Source: Marinoscillum sp. (GTDB lineage: Bacteria > Bacteroidota > Bacteroidia > Cytophagales > MED-G16). From it: a stretch of 64,000 nucleotides of DNA. A program made the position numbers and the translations under genes. The notes beneath the pieces were generated by a model. It saw only the letters and a list, made by a program, of their open reading frames with translations, did no database searches and was not told the origin of the DNA. Position 1 is the stretch's first letter. Each line of letters begins with the position of its first letter. Of the stretch, positions 49,480-59,710 are shown in pieces. The DNA lies in assembly GCA_038134805.1 (NCBI GenBank), contig JAYPVV010000002.1:139539-203538 (forward strand), written 5' to 3'.

Positions 49480-49480
49480 T

Positions 49481-50467
49481 TTAGAATGTAGAGCCAAGAG
49501 CTTGATTTTCAACAGATGCAAGTTTTATAACTTCCTCGTATTGATTTGGAGTTAAATCATTAAATAAGAAATTTATAGGATTTACTTTTTTACCACTTTT
49601 ATGTACCTCATAATGAAGGTGTGGAGCAGTAGATCTACCAGAATTGCCACTATATGCGATAAGCTCTCCTCTTTTTACTTTCTGCCCTTTTTTAACATTA
49701 AATTTATCTAAATGGCCATAAACTGTCCTGTATCCATTGCCATGATCGATGTATATATGTTTTCCAAATCCACCAAAAGATGATTTTAAAATCAGCACCT
49801 TACCATCAGCTGTTGCATACACGGGTGTTCCTTTTTTCACAGAAAAATCTAAACCATAATGCATTCTTCTTACCTTTAGGAATGGATCTATTCTCATCCC
49901 AAAACCTGAAGCAACTCTTCTTAAATCTTTATTAGCAATAGGTTGAATAGCAGGTATTGCAGCAACCAATTCCTCTTTATTATTAGCCATTTCTAATAAT
50001 TCATCATAAGATGTAGTTTGGATATATAATTTTCTTTTAAGCTCATCAATCTTAGCATAATTTTCAACTATTATATCTTCTCTTTCTAGATCTCCATCTA
50101 ATAATTCCTTGTATCTATTAATTCCACCTATACCAGCTTGTCTAATAGTATTAGGTATAGGCTCAGCCTCAAATATTAACCTGTAAATATTGTCATCCCT
50201 TTCCTCAAGGTTGCTCAACATTTTGTAGGCTATATTGACTTCTTTGTTCAATATCTCATAGTGAGTCTGGAGTTCTTGATTCTCTTTTTTTAACTGAATG
50301 ATTTTAGGAGACTCAAAATACGTATCATAAATATTTAGTAAAATAAAACTAGAAAAAAATACAATTGAGATAAAAGCTAAACCTCTCAAAAAAATATCTT
50401 TTTTTGATTTCTTTATCCTCTCATACTTACATGTTTCAGGATTATAATAATATTTATGTTTGCTCAT
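49481..50467 (-). CDS. M23 family metallopeptidase (membrane-anchored, coiled-coil)
   Basis: 328 aa with an N-terminal TM, a coiled-coil region, and a LytM-type domain (HYGLDF.., GNSGRSTAPHLHYEV). Confidence 0.88.
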   Translation of the reverse strand: MSKHKYYYNPETCKYERIKKSKKDIFLRGLAFISIVFFSSFILLNIYDTYFESPKIIQLKKENQELQTHYEILNKEVNIAYKMLSNLEERDDNIYRLIFEAEPIPNTIRQAGIGGINRYKELLDGDLEREDIIVENYAKIDELKRKLYIQTTSYDELLEMANNKEELVAAIPAIQPIANKDLRRVASGFGMRIDPFLKVRRMHYGLDFSVKKGTPVYATADGKVLILKSSFGGFGKHIYIDHGNGYRTVYGHLDKFNVKKGQKVKRGELIAYSGNSGRSTAPHLHYEVHKSGKKVNPINFLFNDLTPNQYEEVIKLASVENQALGSTF

Positions 50468-50484
50468 AATTATATAAAATAGCC

Positions 50485-50492
50485 TAGTTTTG
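50485..50492 (+). promoter_or_regulatory. candidate -7 promoter box TAGTTTTG (TAnnTTTG) for alaS
   Basis: Motif match 46 nt upstream of the alaS ATG, inside a 70-nt divergent intergenic region. Confidence 0.25.
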
Positions 50493-50537
50493 TGTAAACT
50501 TATGCAAAAATAAAAATATTCATTGATTTTAGTTTAA

Positions 50538-53165
50538 ATGACTTCCAAAAAAATAAGAAACATTTTTTTTGATTACTTCAAGGCCAAAAAACATAAAATT
50601 GTTGAATCTGCTCCAATTACAGTAAAAGATGATCCAACATTAATGTTTACCAATGCAGGTATGAATCAATTTAAGAATATTTTTTTGGGCCATGAAAACC
50701 CTTCTAACAATAGAATAGCTAATACGCAAAAGTGCTTGAGAGTAAGTGGAAAACATAATGATTTAGAAGAGGTTGGAATAGATAAATACCATCATACAAT
50801 GTTTGAAATGCTTGGTAATTGGTCATTTGGAAATTATTTTAAGGATGATGCTATTTCATGGGCGTGGGATTTAATTGTAAATCATTATAAGCTAGAAGAA
50901 GAAAGGTTATTTGTGACAATATTTGGGGGAGATAAAAAAGAAGGATTAGACAGAGATACTGAATCATTTAAAATTTGGGAAAAAATAGTTGATAAATCAA
51001 AAATAATTGATGGATCCAAAAAAGATAACTTCTGGGAGATGGGGGAGACAGGTCCTTGTGGTCCATGTTCTGAAATTCATATTGATTTAAGAAGTAAATT
51101 AGACATGGATAAAATACCCACTAAAGATTTGATAAATAAAGATCATCCTGAGGTAATAGAAATATGGAATTTGGTATTTATAGAATATAATAGAAAAAAT
51201 AATGGAAAATTAGTACCTCTTCCAAATAAGCATGTTGATACAGGGATGGGGTTAGAGAGATTAGTAATGGCAGTTAAGGGATTAAACTCAACATATGATA
51301 CTGATCTATTTTCCAATATATTAAGCTCTATTGAAAAATTATCTAATAACAAGTATGGTAAAAATCAAAAGACAGATGTAGCTTTCAGAGTTATTGCAGA
51401 TCATATTAGAGCAATTGTCTTTACTATTTCAGATGGAGCTATACCATCTAATAACAAATCTGGTTATGTAGTAAGAAGAATTTTAAGAAGAGCTGTAAGA
51501 TATGGATTTTCTGTACTAAATCTTAAAGAGCCTTTTCTTTACATTTTAGCTAAGACGGTAATAGATGAGTATAAGGATATTTTTTTGAATTTAGATGATC
51601 AAGAAAGTTTTATCTTAAAAGTTATTAATGAAGAAGAAAAAACATTTCTTAAAACTCTAGATAATGGTCTTAAAATATTTAATAATATTAAGAATGAATT
51701 AGGAGCTAACTCTCTAATTCCTGGAAGGATAGCTTTTGAATTATTAGATACCTATGGATTTCCATATGACTTGACTGAGTTAATTGCTAGAGAAAATAAT
51801 TTAAAAATTGATAAGAAGGAATTTGATGAATATTTAGAAATGCAAAGAGTTAGATCAAGAAGTTCTATAAAACATTCGTCAAATGATTGGGTAATAGTTA
51901 ATGAAAAATTAAATCCAAATTTTGTTGGGTATAAAAAGAATGAATCTGAAGCTGTAATAATTAAATATAGAGAAGTAATTATAGATAAAATTAGAAAATT
52001 TCATATAGTATTTGATAATACTCCTTTTTATCCAGAGTCGGGTGGTCAAGTTGGTGATAATGGTTTTATAATTTATGATAATGAAAAAATAAACATTGAG
52101 GATACTTTTAAAGAAAATGATTTAATTATTCATCTAACTAGTGCACTTCCTAAGAAATTAAACATAAAATTTTCTGTTCTGATTGATGATGAAAGAAGGA
52201 AATTTATTTCTAAAAATCACTCTGCAACACACTTACTTCATTCAGCTCTAAAAGAAGTATTAGGTTCACATATTTCACAGAAAGGCTCTCTAGTAAATGA
52301 GAAAGCATTAAGATTTGATTTTTCTCATTTTTCTAAAATTTCTATTGATGAATTAAATAAGGTCAGTGATATTGTTAATAAAAAAATTTTTGAAAATATT
52401 CCAGTTGAGATTATTCAAGATGTACCAATAAAAAAAGCAAAAGATATGGGTGCAACTGCCCTTTTTGGCGAAAAATATGGTGATAAAGTTAGAGTTGTAA
52501 CTATAGACAAAGATTTTTCAATTGAATTATGTGGAGGAACTCACGTAAAAAATACATCTGAAATTGGTTTATTTAAAATTATTTCTGAAAACTCAATTTC
52601 TTCTGGTGTTAGAAGAATTGAGGCTGTTACTTCTTTAGAGTATAATAAATTAATGATTAAACAAAGTGATGAATTATCCTCAATTAAGGAATTACTCAAA
52701 ACAAAAGATGTATTTGACTCAATAAAAAAGCTAATTGATAAAAATAAATCCTTAGAAAAGGAAATTACCAAATTTGATGAAACTAGAAAGAGGTCTATAA
52801 AAAATGATTTATTAAAAAATATAGAAAAGGTAGGGAATTCTAATTTATTGATTCATCATTTTAAAGATGAAGAAGTTGGATTTGTAAAACAATTAACCTT
52901 TGAGCTTGATAAGCAGATAAGTAATTTAATATTATTAGGAACAATTGAAACAGAGAAAAAACCATTTATTATCATTTATATTTCAAAGAAATTAACAAAT
53001 GAAAATTTAGATGCAAGAATTCTAATTAAAAAGCTATCTGAGTATATTGAAGGCTCAGGTGGAGGGCAAAATTTCCTTTCTACTGCTGGAGGAAAGAATT
53101 TGAATGGATTGAAACTAGTAAGAAAAGAAGGAAAGTCTTTATTGAATGATATCCTAACTAAATAG
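50538..53165 (+). CDS. alaS: alanine--tRNA ligase
   Basis: 875 aa with class II core motifs (FTNAGMNQFK, HHTMFEMLGNWSFGDYF-like), editing domain HSATHLLH and CGGTHV, and a C-terminal DHHA1-like GGGGQNFLSTAGG. Confidence 0.96.
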   Translation: MTSKKIRNIFFDYFKAKKHKIVESAPITVKDDPTLMFTNAGMNQFKNIFLGHENPSNNRIANTQKCLRVSGKHNDLEEVGIDKYHHTMFEMLGNWSFGNYFKDDAISWAWDLIVNHYKLEEERLFVTIFGGDKKEGLDRDTESFKIWEKIVDKSKIIDGSKKDNFWEMGETGPCGPCSEIHIDLRSKLDMDKIPTKDLINKDHPEVIEIWNLVFIEYNRKNNGKLVPLPNKHVDTGMGLERLVMAVKGLNSTYDTDLFSNILSSIEKLSNNKYGKNQKTDVAFRVIADHIRAIVFTISDGAIPSNNKSGYVVRRILRRAVRYGFSVLNLKEPFLYILAKTVIDEYKDIFLNLDDQESFILKVINEEEKTFLKTLDNGLKIFNNIKNELGANSLIPGRIAFELLDTYGFPYDLTELIARENNLKIDKKEFDEYLEMQRVRSRSSIKHSSNDWVIVNEKLNPNFVGYKKNESEAVIIKYREVIIDKIRKFHIVFDNTPFYPESGGQVGDNGFIIYDNEKINIEDTFKENDLIIHLTSALPKKLNIKFSVLIDDERRKFISKNHSATHLLHSALKEVLGSHISQKGSLVNEKALRFDFSHFSKISIDELNKVSDIVNKKIFENIPVEIIQDVPIKKAKDMGATALFGEKYGDKVRVVTIDKDFSIELCGGTHVKNTSEIGLFKIISENSISSGVRRIEAVTSLEYNKLMIKQSDELSSIKELLKTKDVFDSIKKLIDKNKSLEKEITKFDETRKRSIKNDLLKNIEKVGNSNLLIHHFKDEEVGFVKQLTFELDKQISNLILLGTIETEKKPFIIIYISKKLTNENLDARILIKKLSEYIEGSGGGQNFLSTAGGKNLNGLKLVRKEGKSLLNDILTK

Positions 53166-53189
53166 TTGTTTTTTCGTTATTTGTTCTAT

Positions 53190-54311
53190 ATGAAGTATTT
53201 AAATTATTTATCTTTTATATCAGCAATAGTTCTTTCATGCACAAGCTCATATGATAGATCTAAAGAAATATCTATTTTTTTAGAGATTCGTTCAGATGAC
53301 AATTCGGGTGAAGTTAGATTACAGAGAGTAAATTCTGATTATTCGATCGAAATAATTCAATCAAAAAATTTTGATGATAATCAAATTGAATTTATTGTCT
53401 TTAATAATGAAGCTTCTCTCTATCGTTTGGATATTCTTGGTAAAACAAGTGTTGATCTTGTTGCTGATAAGAGTGATATAAATTTAATTATTTATGATTC
53501 GAATTCAGGGGTTCAAGTTGATATTGATGGATCTCCTGATACTAACATATTGTCTGAAATAGGAAAAATTATTACTACCTATAGAAATGAGGTCAGAGAA
53601 TTAAATAGAGAATTTATTGAGGCAAATGAGGAAAAAAACATTCAAAAGATTAATAGCATAACTGAAGAAGTTTCATTCAAAAGAAATCAATTTGAGCTTG
53701 CATTAAAAAATTATTTAGAAGAAGCAGATAATTCACTTAGTGTTTTATTAACATCATCCTCTAGCTATCTTCCAATTAGTGAGCATATAATTTTTTGGGA
53801 AAAAATTTATGATAAATATTTTGCTGATTTTAGAGACAATACATATTTCCTGAAATTTGAAAATGATCTTAAAAAAATTAAAGCTGTTTCTGTTGGAAGT
53901 ATTGCTCCAGAAATTATATTAAATGATACAACAGGAAATCCAGTTTCTCTTTCTTCCCTAAGAGGAAAATATGTTTTATTAGATTTTTGGGCTGCATGGT
54001 GTAGGCCTTGTAGAGAAGAAAATCCTAATATTGTAAGAAACTATAATGAATTCAGAGAGAAAGGATTTGAAGTTTATCAAGTTTCTTTAGATAGGAAAAG
54101 AGAAGACTGGGTGAAAGGAATTAAACAGGATAATTTACCATGGATAAATGTCTCTGATTTAAATTATTATCAGTCTGAAGCAGCAGTGTTGTATAGTATT
54201 AATAAAATTCCAAGTGCATTTTTGCTAGATCCAGATGGGAGAATTATAGCGAAAGACACCCAACTTAGAGGGATAAATCTAGATAATAAATTAAGAGAAA
54301 TTTTTAATTAA
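53190..54311 (+). CDS. TlpA/ResA-like thiol:disulfide oxidoreductase lipoprotein (thioredoxin fold C-terminal domain)
   Basis: 373 aa from the ATG at 53190 (MKYLNYLSFISAIVLSC|TSS lipobox). C-terminal LLDFWAAWCRPCREENP carries a CxxC motif. The track ORF begins at TTG 53166. Confidence 0.8.
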   Translation: MKYLNYLSFISAIVLSCTSSYDRSKEISIFLEIRSDDNSGEVRLQRVNSDYSIEIIQSKNFDDNQIEFIVFNNEASLYRLDILGKTSVDLVADKSDINLIIYDSNSGVQVDIDGSPDTNILSEIGKIITTYRNEVRELNREFIEANEEKNIQKINSITEEVSFKRNQFELALKNYLEEADNSLSVLLTSSSSYLPISEHIIFWEKIYDKYFADFRDNTYFLKFENDLKKIKAVSVGSIAPEIILNDTTGNPVSLSSLRGKYVLLDFWAAWCRPCREENPNIVRNYNEFREKGFEVYQVSLDRKREDWVKGIKQDNLPWINVSDLNYYQSEAAVLYSINKIPSAFLLDPDGRIIAKDTQLRGINLDNKLREIFN

Positions 54312-54837
54312 AAATGGATTTAAGCTCATCTGCCTCATTAGGTTTCATTTTTCCAGCTAAAATAAGTCTAAGTTGCCTTCTTCTTAATGCACCATCATAA
54401 AGTTTTTTTTCTTCTTCTGTTTTTGGTACAACCTCTATAGACTTGATAGGTTTTCCTTTATCATCGAGAGTGACAAAGGTGAAAAAAGCATTATTGCTAA
54501 TAATAGATTTTCCAGTTTTTCTATTTTGAGTAGTTGCTTCAAGATAAATTTCCATAGAAGAATTAAAAACTCTAGTAATAAATGCATCTATTGTTACAAT
54601 ATCTCCCTTATATACTGGTGATTTAAATGATATATTATCTACAGAAGCCGTCACTGACATTTTTTTTGTGTTTTTGTACACACAGATTCCTGCAGCCATG
54701 TCCATCCAATACATTAATTTTCCTCCAAATAATGTATTTAAATTATTCGTATGATTAGGAAGAACCATTTCGCTCATACTAATTTTTGTTTTACTGCATT
54801 CAATTATTTTATCTTTCATAAATTTATTTTTAGTCAC
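54304..54837 (-). CDS. acyl-CoA thioesterase (hotdog fold, YciA-like)
   Basis: 177 aa with MVLPNHTNNLNTLFGGKLMYWMD and SVDNISFKSPVYKGD, typical of hotdog thioesterases. Confidence 0.8.
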   Translation of the reverse strand: MTKNKFMKDKIIECSKTKISMSEMVLPNHTNNLNTLFGGKLMYWMDMAAGICVYKNTKKMSVTASVDNISFKSPVYKGDIVTIDAFITRVFNSSMEIYLEATTQNRKTGKSIISNNAFFTFVTLDDKGKPIKSIEVVPKTEEEKKLYDGALRRRQLRLILAGKMKPNEADELKSIFN

Positions 54838-54877
54838 AGATTTAACTTCTATTTTTGTTTAGCAATAATATAAAAAA

Positions 54878-55462
54878 ATGTTTACAGGTATAATTGAAAC
54901 TACTGGAATTGTAAAAGTTCTTAAGAAAAATGGAGAAAATCTGAATATTGTTGTTAAAAGTCCAATTAGTAGATATTTGAGAGTTGATGAAAGTTTATGC
55001 CATAATGGAGTATGTCTTACAATAACACATTCTGATTCAATATCTCATTCAGCTACATTAGTTAATGAAACTCTCCAAAAATCAAGTTTTTCTAATATCA
55101 TAGTAGGTTCTATTCTTAATCTAGAAAGAAGTTTGAAGGTAAATGGAAGATTAGATGGACATATAGTTCAGGGACATGTTGACTGCACTACTAAATGTAT
55201 AAATAAAATAGATAATGAGAATTCATGGATTTTTACCTTTAGTATCCTTGAAAAATTTTCAAATTATGTAATTGAAAAAGGCAGCATATGTATAAATGGT
55301 GTAAGTTTAACTTGTTTTGATGTTACCCCTGATTCTTTCTCGGTTGCAATTATTCCTCATACATTCGAAAATACCAATTTTAAATTTTTGAAAATAGGGG
55401 ATATCGTTAATATAGAATTTGATATTCTAGGAAAATATATTCAAAAAGCTACTCAGAGATAG
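54878..55462 (+). CDS. ribE: riboflavin synthase alpha chain
   Basis: 194 aa with MFTGIIETTG and two lumazine-binding halves (CHNGVCLT / CINGVSLT). Confidence 0.92.
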   Translation: MFTGIIETTGIVKVLKKNGENLNIVVKSPISRYLRVDESLCHNGVCLTITHSDSISHSATLVNETLQKSSFSNIIVGSILNLERSLKVNGRLDGHIVQGHVDCTTKCINKIDNENSWIFTFSILEKFSNYVIEKGSICINGVSLTCFDVTPDSFSVAIIPHTFENTNFKFLKIGDIVNIEFDILGKYIQKATQR

Positions 55463-56081
55463 AATTAAGAAGAGTATTTATATCTTGAATAAGTCTATTG
55501 ATTTCTAGATCACTTGTTCCATCATATATTCCTCTAATATGTCTGTTTGTGTCGATTAATAAAAAAGTTCCACTGTGAAGAAATCCACCTGGTTCATTTT
55601 CATCTTTTAAAGCAGAAACCATATAGCTTGTTTGAGCTAAATCATATAAAGTAGAGTATTCACCAGTTACGAAATGCCAAATTGAAGAGTTAACACCTAG
55701 TTTTTGAGAATATTGATTTAGAATTTCTACAGTATCAAATTCAGGATTAATTGTATGAGATAAAAACTTTACCTTATTGTTATTCTTAAAAGAATTATAA
55801 ACTTTTAATAGATTACTTTTCATAATAGGGCAGATTGTTGGACAGGAAGTAAAAAAGAAATCAGTTATATAAATCGAGTTTTTAAAAGTATTGTTAGTAA
55901 CAAGTAAACTATCTTGATTATAAAAACTAAAATCTTTTATCTTATGGTGTAGAGTGTCATTTATTATTTTTTCATTAACCTCTTTAGGTATAATTTCTGA
56001 CCTACCATAAATAGGTAATTTCTTTGTTTCATTTATACAAGATTGAGAGAGAAGTAAAGTAATTAAAAATAATAAACGCAA
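55449..56081 (-). CDS. SCO1/SenC family copper chaperone / thiol-disulfide protein
   Basis: 210 aa with FFFTSCPTICP (CxxxC) and a downstream conserved His region (FLHSGTF). Confidence 0.85.
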   Translation of the reverse strand: MRLLFLITLLLSQSCINETKKLPIYGRSEIIPKEVNEKIINDTLHHKIKDFSFYNQDSLLVTNNTFKNSIYITDFFFTSCPTICPIMKSNLLKVYNSFKNNNKVKFLSHTINPEFDTVEILNQYSQKLGVNSSIWHFVTGEYSTLYDLAQTSYMVSALKDENEPGGFLHSGTFLLIDTNRHIRGIYDGTSDLEINRLIQDINTLLNSISE

Positions 56082-56621
56082 TTAAATAATTTTTTTATAT
56101 GTATAAAAAATAATAAGCGAAGTTAATAATCCAACGCCAAATCCAGTAATTACATCCAGAAAGAAATGCACTCCAAGATATATTCTACTATAACCAATTA
56201 AAAAGCTCCAAAGAAAAAGTATTTTAATTTTCTTGCTAGAGATCAAATAAAATATTGAAGCAAGTGAAAATGTAGTTGAAGCATGTGAGGAAGCAAAACT
56301 AAATTTTTTTCCGCATCCCGAAACAATATTTATAAGCTCAACTAAATTACTATCTTGACATGGCCTTAATCTCTCAAAAAATGGTTTCATGAGCGAGCTT
56401 GTAATAAAATCAGCTATAATTACAGTACTTACACAGATAATCAAGTTTAAACCAAAATTTTTTCTATCAAATTTCCATAACCAAAAAATTAAAAATAAGT
56501 ACAGGGGTATCCATATATATTTATTACTAAGTAATATCATAAATATGTCTATATTTTCATGAGATAGATTATTTAAAAAAACGGTTATCTCTTTGTCTAT
56601 CCCTTCCAAGTATTCAAACAA
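56082..56621 (-). CDS. PAP2 family phosphatase (membrane)
   Basis: 179 aa with the three PAP2 motifs: KPFFERLRP, SFASSHAS and SRIYLGVHFFLDV. Confidence 0.85.
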   Translation of the reverse strand: MFEYLEGIDKEITVFLNNLSHENIDIFMILLSNKYIWIPLYLFLIFWLWKFDRKNFGLNLIICVSTVIIADFITSSLMKPFFERLRPCQDSNLVELINIVSGCGKKFSFASSHASTTFSLASIFYLISSKKIKILFLWSFLIGYSRIYLGVHFFLDVITGFGVGLLTSLIIFYTYKKII

Positions 56622-56650
56622 TATGACTAAATTTATTTTAAATTGAAGAT

Positions 56651-57385
56651 ATGATTTCTAAATCAAAAATTAAACTAATTAAATCACTTAAATATAAGAA
56701 GGCAAGAGAAGAATCAAATCTTTTTATAGTTGAAGGTATAAAAGGAATATTAGAGGTATTAAAATCTAAATATTTAATTGAGTACATTGTAATTTCTGAT
56801 AAAGTTCATGCTGAATACAAAGAAAAATTTGAAAATAAATACGTCTATATTTTACCACCTCATGAAATAAAAAAACTTAGTACATTAAAAAATAATGAGG
56901 CAGGGTTTGTGGTTGTTAAGTTAGTAAAGAATAAATTAGATAAAAGTAAGATAAATGGAATTACTCTAGCATTAGATTCTATCAGTGATCCTGGTAATTT
57001 AGGGACAATAATTAGAAATGCAGATTGGTTTGGTATTAAAAACATTATCTGCTCTACAGATACAGTAGACTTATACAATCCAAAAGTAATACAGTCAAGT
57101 ATGGGATCTTTTACAAGGGTAAATGTTTTTTATACTGACTTAGTTAAGTTTTTTTCTGAAAATAATTTGAAAGTATTGGGTACTTCTTCTCATCGAAATA
57201 ATTCTATTACATTTAGTAACAAATTTGATGGAGTTATTTTATTTGGGAATGAGTCAAAAGGAATAAATAAAAAGTTAATACCATTTATTAATAATTGGAT
57301 ATCTATAAAAAAAATTGGGGAGGCTGAATCTTTAAATGTGTCAGTATCAACGGGGATTATATTAAATCAAATAAAAAATAATTAG
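56651..57385 (+). CDS. TrmH/SpoU family RNA 2'-O-methyltransferase
   Basis: 244 aa with DSISDPGNLGTIIRNADWFG, FGNESKGI and ESLNVSVSTGI. Confidence 0.85.
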   Translation: MISKSKIKLIKSLKYKKAREESNLFIVEGIKGILEVLKSKYLIEYIVISDKVHAEYKEKFENKYVYILPPHEIKKLSTLKNNEAGFVVVKLVKNKLDKSKINGITLALDSISDPGNLGTIIRNADWFGIKNIICSTDTVDLYNPKVIQSSMGSFTRVNVFYTDLVKFFSENNLKVLGTSSHRNNSITFSNKFDGVILFGNESKGINKKLIPFINNWISIKKIGEAESLNVSVSTGIILNQIKNN

Positions 57386-57624
57386 ATGCTTTTTCTTTTG
57401 AACCAAGGGGTTTGAAAGATAAAAATATATGACATAATAGTTGAGGCTACAACTGGTATTATACTCTTTTCATATCTATTTTGTAGAATTCCTGACTCAT
57501 CAATAAATGTCTCAATATTTGCTTCAATTGCTACAGTTTCTATGTAAACAAACAAAGTTCCAAGTATAAAAAATAATAATATAAAGCTTACAAGCTTATA
57601 AACTATTCTAAAAGTTGTTTTCAT
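57382..57624 (-). CDS. small hypothetical membrane protein (2 TM)
   Basis: 80 aa with hydrophobic segments LVSFILLFFILGTLFVYI and IIPVVASTIMSYIFIF. No family recognised. Confidence 0.4.
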   Translation of the reverse strand: MKTTFRIVYKLVSFILLFFILGTLFVYIETVAIEANIETFIDESGILQNRYEKSIIPVVASTIMSYIFIFQTPWFKRKSI

Positions 57625-57650
57625 ATTACAAATATAGAAATTAATTATTT

Positions 57651-58403
57651 TTAATTTAAGGCCGACTCTTTTGCTTTTTCAGCTAGACCTTTCCCAAGGT
57701 AAGAGTCTATAATAAAATGGGACAGATAAATTAATGGTGTAATAGTTATGGCAACAATAAATTTAAACAAGTAATTATCTGAACCTACATTTAAAACTTG
57801 TTCAAAGGACCACTCCTTACCGTACGGAGCCAAGTAATAAAATGCAATGAACAGTACAACGAAACTATCTATAAATTGAGAAATAAGTGTTGATCCAGTA
57901 GCTCTAAGCCAGATAAATCTTCCTTTTGTAATTCTTTTTATTTTTTGGAATATAATTACATCAAGTAGCTGAGCAATTAAAAAAGCAATTACTGATCCAA
58001 CTATAATTCCTGTGCTCTGTAGGAAGATAGTATTATAGGCATAATTAATATCAAAACTATTACCTGAATTATCAAGTTTATTTACTTCTTGCCAGTATGT
58101 ATTTGGCACTAATTTTGTGGATAAATAAATTATAACAAATCCATAAAGAATCAATAGAATTGTAAAATAACTAATTTTCTTTACTCCTTTTTGTCCAAAA
58201 TATTCATTAATTATATCAGTTGTAATAAAAACAACTGGCCAGATAAGAACACCAACTGAGAGACTAAAATTTTTAAATAAAAAAATATCGAAAATTTTAG
58301 TTCCTAATATTTCAGCTAGAATAGCATTGGTTATAAATAACCCTGATAATATCAAAAATAAATTATCAAGTTTTTTATTTTCAGAAATACTAAAGTTATT
58401 CAT
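57651..58403 (-). CDS. queuosine-precursor transporter (YhhQ/VUT, DUF165 family)
   Basis: 250 aa polytopic protein with WPVVFITTDIINEYFG and RATGSTLISQFIDSFV, typical of the YhhQ family. Confidence 0.65.
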   Translation of the reverse strand: MNNFSISENKKLDNLFLILSGLFITNAILAEILGTKIFDIFLFKNFSLSVGVLIWPVVFITTDIINEYFGQKGVKKISYFTILLILYGFVIIYLSTKLVPNTYWQEVNKLDNSGNSFDINYAYNTIFLQSTGIIVGSVIAFLIAQLLDVIIFQKIKRITKGRFIWLRATGSTLISQFIDSFVVLFIAFYYLAPYGKEWSFEQVLNVGSDNYLFKFIVAITITPLIYLSHFIIDSYLGKGLAEKAKESALN

Positions 58404-58412
58404 CAGATAACC

Positions 58413-58778
58413 TTAATTCATTCCTTTTTCAATCTCATTAAGCTGAATTGCATCAATTGACTCCTGTAGTGTTGGGATTAACTCTAGTACAGTATCAAGT
58501 TTAGATATTTTTAAAATTTTTTCAATATGATTACTTATGTTGCAAATGATAAATGAAGAATTTTTCTCTTTAAAGGTTCTATTGCCAACTAGCATTGCAC
58601 TCAGACCAGAAGAATCCATGAATTTTACATTTTTAAGGTCAAGTATTAAATTTTTTGCTCCTTCTATCTCATATGTAATAAGATCAGCTTTCAATGACGG
58701 GGCTATCACAGAGTCAATTTTTTCTTCTTTAGGAGTTATAATATAATACAAATCGTTTTTTTCTATTTCGTATTTCAT
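58413..58778 (-). CDS. STAS-domain protein (anti-sigma-factor-antagonist-like)
   Basis: 121 aa with LDLKNVKFMDSSGLSAML, containing the DSSG phospho-serine-type motif of SpoIIAA-like proteins. Confidence 0.75.
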   Translation of the reverse strand: MKYEIEKNDLYYIITPKEEKIDSVIAPSLKADLITYEIEGAKNLILDLKNVKFMDSSGLSAMLVGNRTFKEKNSSFIICNISNHIEKILKISKLDTVLELIPTLQESIDAIQLNEIEKGMN

Positions 58779-59710
58779 AATGCAATTTTAATATTCGATT
58801 CTATATCATTCAAAATATTTTCAGTATTTCTTTTCTTAAATTTTTCACCTATCAAATTTTCATATAACTCAATATATCTCTCAGATATAGAATTAACGAT
58901 TTTATTAGACATCTCAGGAATATTTTGGTTTTCTTTTCCTTGGAACCCATTACTCATTAACCATTCTCTAACAAATTCTTTAGAAAGTTGTCTTTGAGGC
59001 ATATTTTGTTCTTGTAATTTTTCATATGTTTTAGAATAAAAGTATCTTGATGAGTCAGGTGTATGAATCTCATCTATTAAAATTGTCTTCCCATGGTGTT
59101 TTCCAAATTCATATTTAGTATCTACCAGAAGTAAATTTTTTGTTTTAGCATATTCTGATCCTTTCTGAAATAGACTTCTTGTAATTTCTTCAAGTTCTTC
59201 ATATTCTTTCCTCGGGACTAAACCTTTAGAAATTATTTCTTCCCTAGAAATATCAACGTCATGACCAACAGATGCTTTTGTTGTTGGGGTAATAATTGGT
59301 TCGGGAAATTTATCATTTTCTCTCATTCCATCAGGCATTTCAACCCCACAAATTATTCTATTCCCTTCTTTATATTTTCTCCATGCGTGCCCAGATAAAT
59401 ATCCTCTAATAACCATTTCTATAGGAAATGTTGTGCATTTTTTGCCAATAGTTACATTTGGGTCAGGGACAGAATCAATCCAATTAGAAACAATATTTTC
59501 TGTCATAGATAAAAATTTTTCAGCAATTTGATTTAAAATTTGACCTTTAAATGGTATGGGTCTAGGAAGAACTACATCGAAAGCGCTAATTCTATCTGTA
59601 ACCACCATTACTAGCTTATTTTCAAAATGGTAAACATCTCTAACTTTTCCAATATATTTATATAATAAATTTTGAAAATTAAAATCAGTATTCTTTATAG
59701 CATTTTCCAC
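58775..59710 (-). CDS. purC: phosphoribosylaminoimidazole-succinocarboxamide synthase (long form)
   Basis: 311 aa with IGKVRDVY, TDRISAFD and LLVDTKYEFG. Confidence 0.9.
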   Translation of the reverse strand: MENAIKNTDFNFQNLLYKYIGKVRDVYHFENKLVMVVTDRISAFDVVLPRPIPFKGQILNQIAEKFLSMTENIVSNWIDSVPDPNVTIGKKCTTFPIEMVIRGYLSGHAWRKYKEGNRIICGVEMPDGMRENDKFPEPIITPTTKASVGHDVDISREEIISKGLVPRKEYEELEEITRSLFQKGSEYAKTKNLLLVDTKYEFGKHHGKTILIDEIHTPDSSRYFYSKTYEKLQEQNMPQRQLSKEFVREWLMSNGFQGKENQNIPEMSNKIVNSISERYIELYENLIGEKFKKRNTENILNDIESNIKIAL

